A DNA stretch of 63,323 nt, filler included, from Kipferlia bialata (GCA_003568945.1; 5 parts of 5 records of this genome joined end to end with filler, not necessarily neighbours in it); one strand, 5' to 3'; counted from the first letter of the whole stretch, positions 13,087-25,642 are shown. Made by a program: numbers and translations. The notes: a model not told the origin generated them from the letters alone.

Positions 13087-14285
13087 TATACCTGTCTGTA
13101 TCTCCCAGTCACACACATGTCCTTGGGTGCCCTAGGTAGAGGACTACTATATATACTTACACACCCTATATATACATATATACAATATATACATATAATT
13201 ACCTGTCTGTATCTCCCAGTGACGCACATGTCCTTGGGTGCCCTGGGCAGAGAGTCAAACCCATGCTCAAAGCCATCGGCCTTGAGCAGCTCGTTGATGT
13301 ACTCGCCTAGGGGGTTAGAGGAAGACATAAATATATCAGGCTATATGTATACTTGTAGATATCCATGTACCTATCTCTCCCTTGGGCAGCAGGACTATCC
13401 TACAATAATAACCATTTACAAATATTTACATCTACGATACTATTTGTATACATATATATACATGTTCCTATCTCTCCCTTGGGCAGCAGGACATCCCTAT
13501 ATAGAAATATTCATACATTCCATACACGCACATACACGAATAGTAATAATATCAGGGATACATATGTGTACCTATCTCTCCCTTGGGCAGCAGGACATCG
13601 TGTCCGACAAGGGGCAGTACCAGCTGGGACATGTCTGAGTGTAAGAGTAATGTATGTATATACATATATAAGACACTAAAGATGTATATATGTACACTTG
13701 TATACACATAAGAATGATTTAGTACAATCCGGGACATGTCTGGGGTTAGACACCAAATGTAAAGTGAATATATAGTATATATACTATATATAGTATATAT
13801 AGTATATATAGTATATATACTATTCATGTCAATGTATAGGCAGTGACACCCTGAAGTATGTTGATAGAGATGCATATACCTGACTCATCGAAGGGTGTCG
13901 GCTCAGGAACCTCCTCCTCCTTCTCCTCCTCCTTACTCTCTCCCTCTCCCTCCTTCTTCTCTCCCTCTCCCTCCTTCTTCTCTCCCTCTCCCTCCTTGCT
14001 CTCTCCCTCTGTCTCCTTGCTCTCTCCCTCTACCTCCTGCTTCTCCTCAGAGGGTGTGGGGACATGCACAGGCTGAAAAGTGAGGACATACATGTATATA
14101 AATAGACAATTGTACAAATGAAATACTCTAAATAACAATCTATCCATATATACAGTGGGGGTGGGCACAGACACAGGCTGAAAAGTGAGCATATATATGT
14201 GTATAGAGAGAAATGAATATGAAAATAGAATACTCTAAATGACAGTCTCTCCATATATACAGAGGGTGGGGACATGCACAGGCTG
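8013..14285 (-). CDS. PUS7: tRNA pseudouridine synthase PUS7/TruD, C-terminal part, with E/K-rich inserts and RGG tail; 5' end beyond contig
   Basis: Exons QLVLPLVGHDVLLPKGEI|GEYINELLKADG..DMCVTGRYRQ and VRFTLGSSS|YATVVLRSL match the TruD C-terminal motifs (VVLPLPG, GxYR, F-x-L-x-x-S-x-YATxxLRE). Then GGFRGGRGRGGFRGG repeats and last exon GKRSFGNRGDRGGDRAPAAKREQ*. Confidence 0.82.
8713..9890 (-). repeat. Array of partial exon-end copies around one PUS7 tail exon
   Basis: About 11 copies of (plus strand) tacctgaatcc(c/g)ccgct at 8713-9450 and about 5 copies of taggacatcatctg at 9504-9880. Confidence 0.9.
12679..13250 (-). repeat. Five copies of exon end (LP)RAPKDMCVTGRYRQ + GT donor
   Basis: acctgtctgtatct..catgtccttgggtgccct at about 12679, 12795, 12962, 13090 and 13201. 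Confidence 0.95.
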
Positions 14286-14367
14286 AAGTAAGAAAACTGA
14301 GATGTATCATCTCTGTATATATATAGTGGGGGGGGGGGGGGGGGGGGGGGTGGGGCTATAAAAAAAA

Positions 14368-14467
14368 NNNNNNNNNNNNNNNNNNNNNNNNNNNNNNNNN
14401 NNNNNNNNNNNTTAATTAATTAANNNNNNNNNNNNNNNNNNNNNNNNNNNNNNNNNNNNNNNNNNNN
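14368..14467. other. Artificial contig linker (44 N + TTAATTAATTAA + 44 N)
   Basis: Six-frame stop spacer between N runs; identical 100-bp structure recurs three more times. Confidence 0.97.
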
Positions 14468-14520
<53 letters not shown>

Positions 14521-14544
14521 AGGCAGAGAGAGAGACAACCGTAC

Positions 14545-15233
14545 CATGGCTGGAACTGTGAGGCACCACTGCACCGCATCCATACCCACAGAGGTGCCGT
14601 ACTTGGTGGTGATGACTCGCATCACGTCCATGTACATGAAGCGGAGGTAGTCAGCCACCACATCCACCACCCCCAGGCCCAGGCGTTCAAAGGGAGTAGG
14701 GGGCTGCACCTTGATGATCTCCCTACATCTCAATGCATCAGTGTCCATAGGGGTAAGGGCACTATTGGTGAGGGCCCCGTCCAGAAGCAGCTTGAACCTA
14801 GTCAACAGGATGCCATCGGCAGCCTTCCTCCCCCTCATCCGAGCCTCCTCCTTCAACGCAGAGTGCCCCCACGAGGTTGCCCTCCACTCCCCCCCCCTCC
14901 TGCCTGCGATAGTACAGAGCAGTGCGGGTCTTGCAGTAGGATGTCAGCTGGTCTGCCCAGTCATAGAAGGCCTCTACCTTGCTGGTATCCCCTATGTGCC
15001 CCAGGGCGTACCCGGAGTAGGCAGTGCCTGGCCGTCAGGATCATGTTTGACCATGTGAGGGTTATATTCCCACAGAACACTAGAAAGAGAGGAGTGACGG
15101 AATTGTCAGATTGTACTCAGACTATCTGAGTCGGACACATCAGATATACGTGTAATAATTGAAGCATACCGAAATCAAGCCCAACATACACACGCGGGCC
15201 ACTCGAAGAGCTCTCTGAGGGAATCCCCGGCAT
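14545..15233 (-). CDS. HSPA12-like atypical Hsp70, N-terminal part (truncated at contig end)
   Basis: MPGIPSESSSSGPRVYVGLDFG|TAYSGYALG..YCKTRTALYY..SWG..RFKLLL..VVADYLRFM..QWCLTVPAM. The DFGT-x-YSG phosphate-1 loop, KT-x-T-x-L-x-Y, FKL-x-L and W-x-LTVPA are typical of the HSPA12-like clade. Confidence 0.85.
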
Positions 15234-15377
15234 CACTGGTAGTGCTGTCTCTATAGCCTAGAGGGGAGTGTAGTGAAGTCCTTGATGATCACGTAAACTG
15301 TTGACAAGAGGCCGGTATCATTGTATTAGGGCCAGCTGATGATCGGGTAACCTTTCTCTAACACTGTCCCACTTGGG

Positions 15378-18300
15378 ATGCCAGAGCCAACACAGGCTGT
15401 GTCAGCCACGACAAAGGGTGTGCACCTGTGTATCGGGCTGGACATCGGGACCCATTGCAGTGCGGTGGCAGTGAGCCTGTCAACCGAAGGCCGAGTAGAG
15501 GTGAGACACAGACTACAATACTCCCACCCCCACCCCCCGCCACCCTACCTAGATATGTTTTCTCGTGTTTCTATGACTGCCACTTACCGACAGGTGTATG
15601 ACAGCTGGTCAGGCCAGCCCAGCCCCTATGGGAAGGTCCCATCCCACATGACATACAGCTGTAGAGAGGGGGTGTACTACCCTGTCAAGTGGGGACACAC
15701 CTCTTCCCAGGCTACCAGCGATGAGAGCAGTGTACATGTGTCCATGTTCAAGCTACTGCTCGACCCTACGGCTGACCCTGCCCCCCCTCCCCCTGTCCCA
15801 GGTCTGTCCGCAGGGGATATACTGGCTGACTGGCTTAGATACCTCAAGGAGGTGGTGCACAAGAAGGTCACGCGGCAGTGGCAGGGACTGTACACGCTGG
15901 ACACAGCCACATGGTGGGTGTAATCACGTATATCACTCTTTTCATAACGTATACTTCAATGCGTAGTGCCCCTACACGCATACTAAAATGTCAATTACTC
16001 TTGTTCCGTAATTACTCCAGGGAGATTGCTGTTCCCTCCCGGTGGTCCCCCTCGTCCAACCACACTGTACGACAGGCAGCATGCATGGCTGGGTTGGTAC
16101 CACGTCCCTCTGACTTACGGCTGTCTCTGCTTCTGGAGACTGAGGCCGCAGCCCTAGCCCGTGGTGCCCTGCTCGTTGGGCAGAGTCTGTTGGTAGTGGA
16201 TGCTGGAGGGGAGGGCGTAGAGGCGACCCGCATGAGAGTGGTTGAGGGATATGCAGAGGGGGTAACCACCCTATCCACTGACGCTACACACCGCGTGGTT
16301 GTCCCAGCCAAGGATACTGTGGACTCTGTGTTCCTGAGGCACATCACGACACACCTCGGGGCTGGAGCTGAGGAGGCTATGGCAGCTAAGCCTAGGAGTG
16401 TCCGGGGAATCATGGCGCAGTGGCACATAGAGAAGAAGGGACTATCGCTCGACGCTCTGGAGGACGGACTCGTCATAGAGGTATTGTACCCCAATCATAT
16501 ACGTGGGCTGCCTAAACGTACACATCAGTATTTCTCGTTAATACAATTCATGAGTTGGCATGTTTGTGTGCGTAAAGATCGGCTCTCTGATGTCAGATTC
16601 CAAGTAAGATCCTCTCGAAGCTCAGTGAAGAGATGCAAGACCAGCTTGACGAGGACGATGGCATCCTCCTCTCCCTCTCAGACGTGCTCTCCATATACAA
16701 GCCTCACCTGGCTGCGGTCCAATCTGCCATAGAGGAAGTGATGGCACCAGGTCTCAATGTGGACAGGACCGTGCTCGTTGGAGGCTTCTTCAGATCCCAG
16801 TTCATTATGGACCGTGCTATCTCTGGCTACGACGGGAGGACTGGAGCTGTAGCGCACTTCTTAGGTACTCTAGCGCATCATGTTGGTATGTGCACTGAAT
16901 GACGTCTGTTCCTCTTTCCAACACCATGGTTGTGTGCCCACCCAATCACTTACTTCCAGACCCGGCCTTAGCCGTAGTGCTGGGTACATACCTTCATGCC
17001 AAAGACCCCTCTATCCTTGTGTCTACAGCTGAGTCACACCCCGAGACCACCCCTCCGAATATGCTCCGGAGACAGCTCCTGAGGGCACAGTCTGCACATA
17101 GGGTTGTTAACAGGCAGCTGCACAAGGAGAGAGTGTCAATAATCACGCTTCTGGACGAAAGGCAACGTGCTGAGCGTAACCTAAAGAACAGACTGAGAGA
17201 CCTTGAGGGACAGCTTCAGATGGCAAGAGAGGCTCGTACTGTTGTTGATAGGGAGCTTCGTAAGGAACAACTCCTGGTTGCCACACTTCAGAACGAGAGA
17301 CAGCATGCTGAGAGTGGCCTAAAGAACAGAGTAACAGACCTTGAGGGACGGCTCCAAAAGGCCAGAGAAGCCAGTACAGCTGCTAATAGGCAGCTACAGA
17401 AGGAGAAACGCTTGGTGGCCACACTTAGACAAGGGAGACAACGTGGTGATAGTGACCACGAGACAAGGGTGGGTAACCTTCAGAGACAGCTGCAGAAGGC
17501 AGAAGCTGATAGTGCTTCCTCAGAAGCGAGTCTTCATACTGCCATTAGTGCCCTGGAGAAGAGACATAAGGACAGCAAGAAGCCCCAGCCCACACCCGCC
17601 CTATTGCCACTTGGTATCAGTGGTGGATATCAAGAGAAGGTATCAACAGTATACCTGGCCAGTACTTGCTAATGAAACTACTCACATACTCTATCCCACT
17701 GGTACGATGCAGCTTCTGTTGACGCTTTCTCATGTCAGAGAGCAGCTGCAACGGGGCCTCTCACACCAATGTCAGTTACCATCGCCTTCCGTTACGGTCT
17801 ATGCAGCAAGGTGTCCAGCAGTATTAAGGGAAGCAAGGTGGGTTTCAGGCATGGTATAGACAGTGTCAATATGACTTAGAAACACACACCAATTGACCTC
17901 TATCTCGTTGACTATTAATCTTGGTACATTGGTACCACCAGGGTATGAGGGCAATCACACGTGGCTCCGATCTATGGACCAAGCTTGTCAGACAGTGGGC
18001 AGATGTGACTTCATCACCCGGGGTCCTGTCTAGGAAGTCCGACCTCGCTAAGGGGTTAGAGGTGCAGGTGTATGCCGTGTTAGAGGACTACCTTTCCCTC
18101 AAGGACGACAGTGCACAGATACCACTCATGCCCCCTGAGTGCGAGTCCCTCCTCAATGTAGCACGGTGCATCCCGACCTCCCCCTCCCACATGGAACAGA
18201 GACAGGCAGTCATGGGTATGCTGACTTCCCCCAAGTCTTCCGTCCCCATACGTTCTGGTGTACTCGACAGGGATGCTGCCTACACTACCCGGCTGGAAGC

Positions 18301-20398
18301 AGTGCTCTCGCCATACATGGAAGACCACGCTGATGTTGCTGGAAAGATCCTGGCTTCAGCAAGGTACAGTATTAGAATGGTAGCTATACTATTGTCTCTT
18401 TTGGTTTGTGCGTGACGGATACAATTCATCGTGTACCTTGTTTCTCATGTGTAGACTCTGCCTGTACCAAGTGTATGTGATTGGGTACTCTGTGTACCAC
18501 CCAACCCCGAAGGAAGTCAAGTCTGACCTAGAGAGGTAAGTGATCATTGGTGTACGCCTAGATCTGCACAACACCTCGTTCACCAAGTGGATATGCCCAG
18601 CTATACCAGTGCCTAAGTAACGGGTGGATAGAGGACGGTGCCGAAGAGGTGGCAGCAACAGGGCCGTCCAACGTGACAAGCTACGAGTTCATAACAGTAC
18701 GGCCCGGTATGTGTCAGAGAGTGAGACTTTAGAGTCTGGGGTCAGTACCACTTCTGAACAGGACTTATTGTATATGTGATCATATCAACACCAGGTTTAC
18801 GCAATGGTGAGACTATTGTGCTTGGACCCGAGGTCGTTATGAGGAGGACCGTTAGAGAGAGACGCAAGCGAGTAAAAGTGAGGCTCAGCCTCATAGAACA
18901 GCGCCTTGAGACCCTAGAGAGCGGATTGGATGGAAGAGAGATAGTAAAGAGAGAGGAGGGGGTTAGCAGCGTCACCAGAGAGAGTATTGTAGAAGACAGC
19001 ACTAAGATGCCCTCTACCACCATGAGGCTTGAGTCCCCAGTATGTCAGGCCATCAGGGATCCCATGGCAGAGATAAGTTTCAGCCTGCGCCCGATCAACA
19101 GACTGACCCCTAAGTCACTGGACGAGAGCTGCAGTCGTATTGTTACCCTTTTCGCACGCATGGTTGACCCCTCTCAAGGAAGCTCTGTGCCCCTTACCGA
19201 GAGCCAGCTCATGGTGAAGCAGTTAGCCGAGGCCATATATGAAAAAGCATGTCGCAAGAGTGCGTCCTCCCACCTATATGGACTGCTGCTCAGAAAACTC
19301 AAGGACAGAAGAGATTTTCTAGCCGTCTTCCCTGACGAGTACACCAGCAGCGACGGCGGCTTTCCCCCATTCTTCCATGGCTTCCAACACGAGCTGACAG
19401 CCACGAAGACCAGATTAGAGAGGGCGCTGGGCAAGGCAATGGCCGAGTCAACATCCAACCGGCGCATCTGTAACCCCGAACGTCAGCAAGCGGTATGTGT
19501 TGTTTGGAAGGATTAGTCAGCCGGTATACGGTGACACGATGTGTGTGTATGTCTTTGTCTGTATCACTTCACATCTGACTTGAGTCAGTGGTGTTGACAC
19601 AACCATCTGACTCTTCAGGTAACAGAGTATATTTGGCGCCTGAAAGCTTTGCTTGAGCCTGGGGAGGGAACCAGTGCCAACCCCCTTATTCTTCATGAGA
19701 TATCCTTTATCCGGCTCAAGCAGCACATTGTCAACTACACCAAGAGAGAGTTCAAGAACATGGCCCTTATGGATACTATTCTCCTTTCTGACGACTCTGT
19801 CTCAGAGGCAGAGAACCAACACCGCCGTCTCCGCTCCAGGCAGCACTTTTTCGGTAACATCAGATTCATCGGAACCCTCTTCAACCACAACTTCCTGGCC
19901 TGTCGGGTTGTGACAAGTACCTGCCTCTGCACCCTGGCTCTACAACCAGTGCTTACACATGCAGTGCACCGCTATATCAATCACGATATCCTGTCCAGTG
20001 GATCCATGGCCGCCCTGAGGGCCCAGGCCCAGAAGGGCAAGGTGCAGGTCCCCCCCTTCCACACCGTCCACCACATCCAGCAGTTCGCAGACACCTTCGG
20101 AGAGGAGATCTACAAGGTGGACGAGGCTTTCGACTACCAGTTCAACTACGACTCAATCGAGGGTGCCACAATACTTCTGGAGTCCGTTGGGTTTAAGCTC
20201 TGCCAGGCCAAGTATCGTAACATGCAGCTGTTCCCAGGTCACTCCACCTTTACCGTGGAGAACCTACTCACCCTCGTGATTGATGCCTTCCGGGGCATCG
20301 TTAGTGACGAGAAGCACCCCTACTACATCAGATCTCTGCTTGAAGAGACTCTCAGGAAGCATGAGAAGGGATACGTCGACCCCTCCAAGTGCATGTGA
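15378..20398 (+). CDS. Large multidomain protein: divergent HSPA12-like ATPase + coiled coil + C-terminal MIF4G-like domain
   Basis: IGLDIGT, FKLLL, ADWLRYL, IAVPSRW, ETEAAA, VVDAGG and VLVGGF motifs, heptad-rich 17040-17580, then INRLTP..AIYEKA..LYG..FFGNIRFIGTLF..SIEGATILLESVGFKL (MIF4G). The junctions I checked, from 17613 to 19619, are phase-compatible. Confidence 0.72.
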
Positions 20399-20765
20399 GC
20401 GTCCCAAAGGTGGGCGCTGTGGTTCTCGGCTGTCCAACAAGAATGGTACCCTTTACGGCTACACACGATTCTCTCAGCGACTACTGAGAGCTATGTGTGG
20501 GAACAATAGATCTTCGGTAGGGTGGCAATTTGTGAGATGAAGAGAGTCTACTACTGAGTGGATATCGGAGAGTCCGAAAATGATTCGGAGCCGTTTAGTC
20601 TCTAAGGCACTGAGGCTAGCAGATCTACCGTCGTCTTCTTTTGTGCCAACCTACAGGAGGCACCGAGACCCAAGGCCAAACACACACCTGCCAGTAGGGT
20701 AATCATCAACCAAGGGTAGCCAGTAGTAAGCTGAGAGAGAGTCTGTCTAGTCTGTATAGTCAGGT

Positions 20766-21097
20766 ATGCTGAGCTCCTTCAGCTACAAGGACGAGATGGA
20801 GAAAGACAGGGGGGGTACCCCTAGGGGGAGCATGAGGCCAGCGCCCCCTTCCAGAGACCACACTCCTAGGGGATCTGCCTACCCCTCCCAGGCACCGTCC
20901 AGAGCTGGTAGTCCTGGCCCCCAGAGACCCCCTCCCCCTGCCTTCATACCCCCCAGGCCCCTGTACCAGAGCTCCCTACCTCTCTCTCAGCAGCAGATGG
21001 GGTGGCTGGTGTCCCAACTCCCATGCCCCATAGAGGGTATGGCGCAGCACGGGACTGATATTGCGAACAGAGGGGCAGATATGGTGGTCGAGCGGAG
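20766..21097 (+). CDS. Proline-rich hypothetical first exon, runs into an assembly gap
   Basis: ORF MLSSFSYKDEMEKDRGGTPRG..ADMVVERR with coding-like composition, followed by a GT donor-like site, pyrimidine tract and N gap 21203-21310. Confidence 0.45.
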
Positions 21098-21369
21098 GTG
21101 TGGGCTCTTGTCTATGTGTACTCCCCTTTCCCCCTCCCTCCCCTCCCCCCATCACTCTCACACTTCATACATACTACCAACTCTCTCTCTTCTCCCCCCC
21201 CCNNNNNNNNNNNNNNNNNNNNNNNNNNNNNNNNNNNNNNNNNNNNNNNNNNNNNNNNNNNNNNNNNNNNNNNNNNNNNNNNNNNNNNNNNNNNNNNNNN
21301 NNNNNNNNNNAATTTTTTTTTTTCCGTTTTTTTCCCCCCCCCCCCCCCCCCTCCCCCCCTCACCGCAGT

Positions 21370-24300
21370 GACCCTTCCACCGTCAAGGGCAGTCTTGTGG
21401 TCAGGGGCAACCAGATGCTTGTGGAGCTGGCCAAGACCCTCAACGTGGGGTACAAGGCAGTGGGTGAGCTGGTCGTGGCATCCAGCCCAGAGGAGCTGGT
21501 CGACCTGAGGAAGATCTACGAGCAGGGTGGGTTTTGGAGTAATTGGAAGTGATTGTCCTCTCTCTCAGTGTTTTCCCTACTATATATATATACGCTTATG
21601 CATTAGGCCTTGCTAAGGGCATCTGCCACCCACTCTCTGTTCTGAGTATACACAATTGTGTGTTCTGTGCTTAACCACCAGGACTCGCCAAGGGCATTGA
21701 GCTGGAGTGGTGGGACGCTGAGAGGATGTACGCTGAGGAGCCACACCTGGCCCCTGGTCTAGTAGGGGCCATCAATGCACCCACAGCCGGTGTCATCAAC
21801 CCCTACGAGGTATGGACTCTCTCTTCACCCTTCCCTCTCTCTCTCAATCTCTCTTTCACACCCACCCACACACTCTCTCTCTCTTCCTTCTCTCTGTCAG
21901 TGTCTCATCCCCAGCTTGTGTACAAGAGTGCCGCCTGTGCCGTCCTCAACGGATGCCACCTGGCCACAGCAACAAAGTGCGGCACATTATGTATATATAC
22001 TTTGATACTATTTCACTACTGTCCATCGTCTACTGAAGTGCTGGTCTGTCTCTCACCCCAGGTTCCTGTCTGCCTCTCTGGTGCCTGGCTCTGATGGCCA
22101 GAGACTGGTCCACACCGACAAGGGCGACTACTGGTGCAGGTACCCATGTCACTACACACTCAGTGACATGCCATACTGTCTATACATACCCTCACCCCAG
22201 ATACCTTGTCAACAGTGCTGGTCTCTATGCCGATGATGTTGCCAGGGGCACAGAGGGAGTGGAGGGTGCCGAGGGATGGGAGATCAGGCCAAGGAAGGGA
22301 GAGGAGTACGTGCTCGACAGGAGCGTGGCCACACGCTGTCCATCCAGGTTCGTTTATCACACACACACCATCTCTCCCTCACTCTCACCGTCACTCTCTC
22401 TCTCTCTCCTTCTTACCCTCCAGGATCATCTTCCCCATGCCTGATCCCGTGACCAAGACCAAGGGCACCCTGCTCATCCCCACAGTGGATGGGACATGGC
22501 TCGCTGGACCCACAGCTGACATGGTGCGTGTATGTGTATATATAGATATTGTGTGTATGTATTTGTCCCCATCACCAGTGCTGACACCTAGGTGACCGAC
22601 AAGACCGACACGGCCACCTCCAACGAGGGCCTGAAGAAGGTGTTTGGTCTCGTCCGTAACCTCTGTGACAAGGTCGGCCCCTGGGACATCATCTCCTCCT
22701 TCGCCGGTCTGAGACCCGCTGCATACAGACTGGACGACAAGCCCGGCACCAACGACTTCATCATCGAGAGGCACGGCACTGCTGTGCTGGCCGCTGGCAT
22801 CCAGTCCCCAGGCCTCACTGCCTGTCCTGCCATTGCTGAGAGGGTCATTGCCCTGCTGACCGAGGGTGGCCTGGACACAGCCACCCCCAAGGCAGGGTTC
22901 CAGCCTGCCCTGCACGGAGGGGCAGAGGGAGGCATCTCCAGGCTCAGCGACCTGACTGAGGAGCAGCAGAGGAGCAGGTGTGGATGCAGTAGCTGATGTA
23001 GTGTCTATCTCTTTGTATGTCTAACTCCCAGGGCTGCCGCTGACCCCCGCTACACCAAGGTGGTGTGTCAGTGTGAGGGAGTGACAGAGGGCGACATCCA
23101 CAGGGCCATTGACCTGGGCGCCAAGTCTCTGGACGGAGTCAAGTTCCTCACAAGGGCTAGGTATGTATTTTTATTGGTCACTCTCTCTCTCTCTCTCTCC
23201 AAGTCTCCCTCTCTCTCACCCTAGGATGGGACCCTGCCAGGGAGGCTTCTGCACAGAGGGTATCATGGGGATCCTGGCTGAGAGGCTCAACATCGGCCTC
23301 GACAAGGTGGGATCACCACTCCATAGTGCTTACATATTATATGTGTATGTATACATGTATGTATGTATCTGACCCCAGGTGTCCAAGATGGGAGCTGACT
23401 CTGTCCTCTCTGTGGGTGAGATTGGCACACACATCGAGGCCCCAGTGCCAGTGGAGGTGGGCACATGTAGTGTATACATTACACACACACTCATCCATAT
23501 ATACACCATGCATCCCCCTGACCCCTTAGGCCAAGATTGCCGCCACTGAGCTCGAGGGCCAGGCCGACGCCCAGTCAACCCTGGACTCTCTCTTCGACAC
23601 ACCCATAGACACAGTGGTTGTGGGCGGGGGTGCAGCCGGTCTCAGTGCCGCCGTGGCTCTTAAGAAGCAGGGGGTGGAGAGGGTTGTCGTGCTCGACAGG
23701 AACACTGCCGGTGGCGGTGTCCTGCTACAGTGCATCCATGCCGGGTTTGGTCTCAGGAGGTACAAGGAGGAGCTGACAGGGCCCGAGTATGCAGAGCGCC
23801 TCAGTGCCGAGTGCCGCGAGTCTGGGAGTGAGGTCTACTACGAGGCCTTCATCCTGGACATTGCACACGAGGAGGGCGTGGAGACCCCCTTCTCCCTGTC
23901 CTGTGTGTTTGGGGGCAAGGGCATAGCCACCCTCAAGTGCAGGAGTGTCGTCTACACCGCAGGGTGCAGGGAGAGGACCAGGCACACTATCAGGATCCCA
24001 GGTGGAGTCTCTACTGTTACTACCAACCCTTTGGTATATGGATTATATCCCCCTCACCCCCAGGTACCCGCCCCAGTGGTGTGTACACTGCCGGCCTGGC
24101 CCAGAAGCTCATCAACTCAGGTGGCCAGCTGGTGGGCAGGAAGGTTGTCATCCTAGGCAGTGGGGACATTGGCCTGATCATGGCTAGACGGAGTGCTCTG
24201 GAGGGGGCTGAGGTGGTGGGTGTGTACGAGCTGCTGGGCAGGTGCAGCGGCCTCGAGAGGAACAAGGTGCAGTGCCTGGATGACTTCAACATCCCCCTGA

Positions 24301-25642
24301 CTGTGTCCAGCACCGTCACCCACATCTACGGACACCCCCACATCACTGCCGTGGACATATCCCCTGTGGACCCAGAGACACTGAGGCCTGACCTGACCAA
24401 GGCCAAGAGGGTGGAGTGTGATGCCCTGATGCTCAGTGTGGGACTCACCCCTGAGACATCCCTCCTCAACACAATGCAGGTGCCACATATAGTAATATAG
24501 TATTCTATCTATACCGTGGAGACACACTCATCTTCTCTCCCACTCTGTCTCTCTCCCTCCCCCTCACCCCCCAGGTCACCATGCACCCCAGGACCCGTGG
24601 CCCCTGTGTTGACTCCCAGCTCATGTCCCTAGATGTCGAGGGCCTCTTTGTGGCTGGCAACGCCCTCCAGATCCACGACCTGGCAGATGCCGCAGCTGAG
24701 GAGGCAGAGAGGGCCGGCAAGAGCTGCGCCTCCTACCTCAAGGCCAAGGTGGCTGGGACTGTGCCCGCCAGAGAGGGTATGCTCTCGGTCGAGACGGGAG
24801 AGGGCGTCATCTACGCGGTCCCCAACCGCGTAATCCCCTCTGCCCTCGCTAGGGTGTCCTTCAGGGTCAGGAAGCCCATGTCCAACTGTCTGCTGACAGT
24901 GTCTGCACACACCCCCGAGGGAGAGGGAGAGAGTGAGCCTGTGGTGGTTGGCCAGAGGACCGTCCCCCATGCCGTGCCTGGTGAGATGGAGACTGTCATT
25001 CTGGCACCCAAGAAGATGGCCGGCCTCTCCCCCTCTGCCGTCCTCAAGGTGTCTGCCGTTGAGCAGCCAGACGCCACCCCAGCCGAGCCCCTCCCTGAGG
25101 GACACACTAGGGTGGTGCGTACATGCGTCAGGTGCCCTAGGGGGTGCAGGGTGACTGTGGTGTCCAGTGGTCCAGACATCGAGGACATTGTATCTATCAG
25201 GGGCAACTCCTGTCCCAAGGGCAGGGCCTTTGTCATCCAGGAGCACGTACTGCCCCTCAGGTGCGTGTATAGTGTCTATATAGAATATATATTGCTCATA
25301 GTACACTACCCCTTACCCTTATCCCCAGGGTGTTCAGCAGTGCAGTGCCTGTCGTGGGTGGGACTGAGACTAGGTGTCCTGTTAAGCTCAGTAAGGGCAT
25401 CCCCACCTCATCATTCCAGGCTGTTATCGACAGGTAGGCCCTGTATACCATATGAGTTGATGAATATGATCCTACATATAGTTCTATGACGTCTCTTTAT
25501 GTGGTCGAGTATGGCTCACCCCAGCATCCACGCCGTCCCCCCCCTGACTGCCCCTGTGTCAGTGGGAGATGTCATAGTCACAGACGTGGCAGGGTGCGAG
25601 GGAGTGGATGTCCTCGCCACTAGGAACATCCCTGTTCAGTGA
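21370..25642 (+). CDS. Anaerobic glycerol-3-phosphate dehydrogenase fusion: FAD oxidoreductase (GlpA-like) + BFD-like [2Fe-2S] + pyridine nucleotide-disulfide oxidoreductase + DUF1667-like Cys domain; N-terminus in gap
   Basis: [117 protein letters not shown]-like, [31 protein letters not shown]; stop TGA at 25640-25642. Confidence 0.92.

Noticed and set aside
12679..13250. Ghost copies as Dscam-style mutually exclusive exons
   Set aside because: Copies are half-exons with only one genuine splice site, encode the same peptide, and inclusion from the internal AG would frameshift
24153..25306. Minus-strand ORFs over G3PDH (124-225 aa)
   Set aside because: Antisense shadows of GC-rich coding exons
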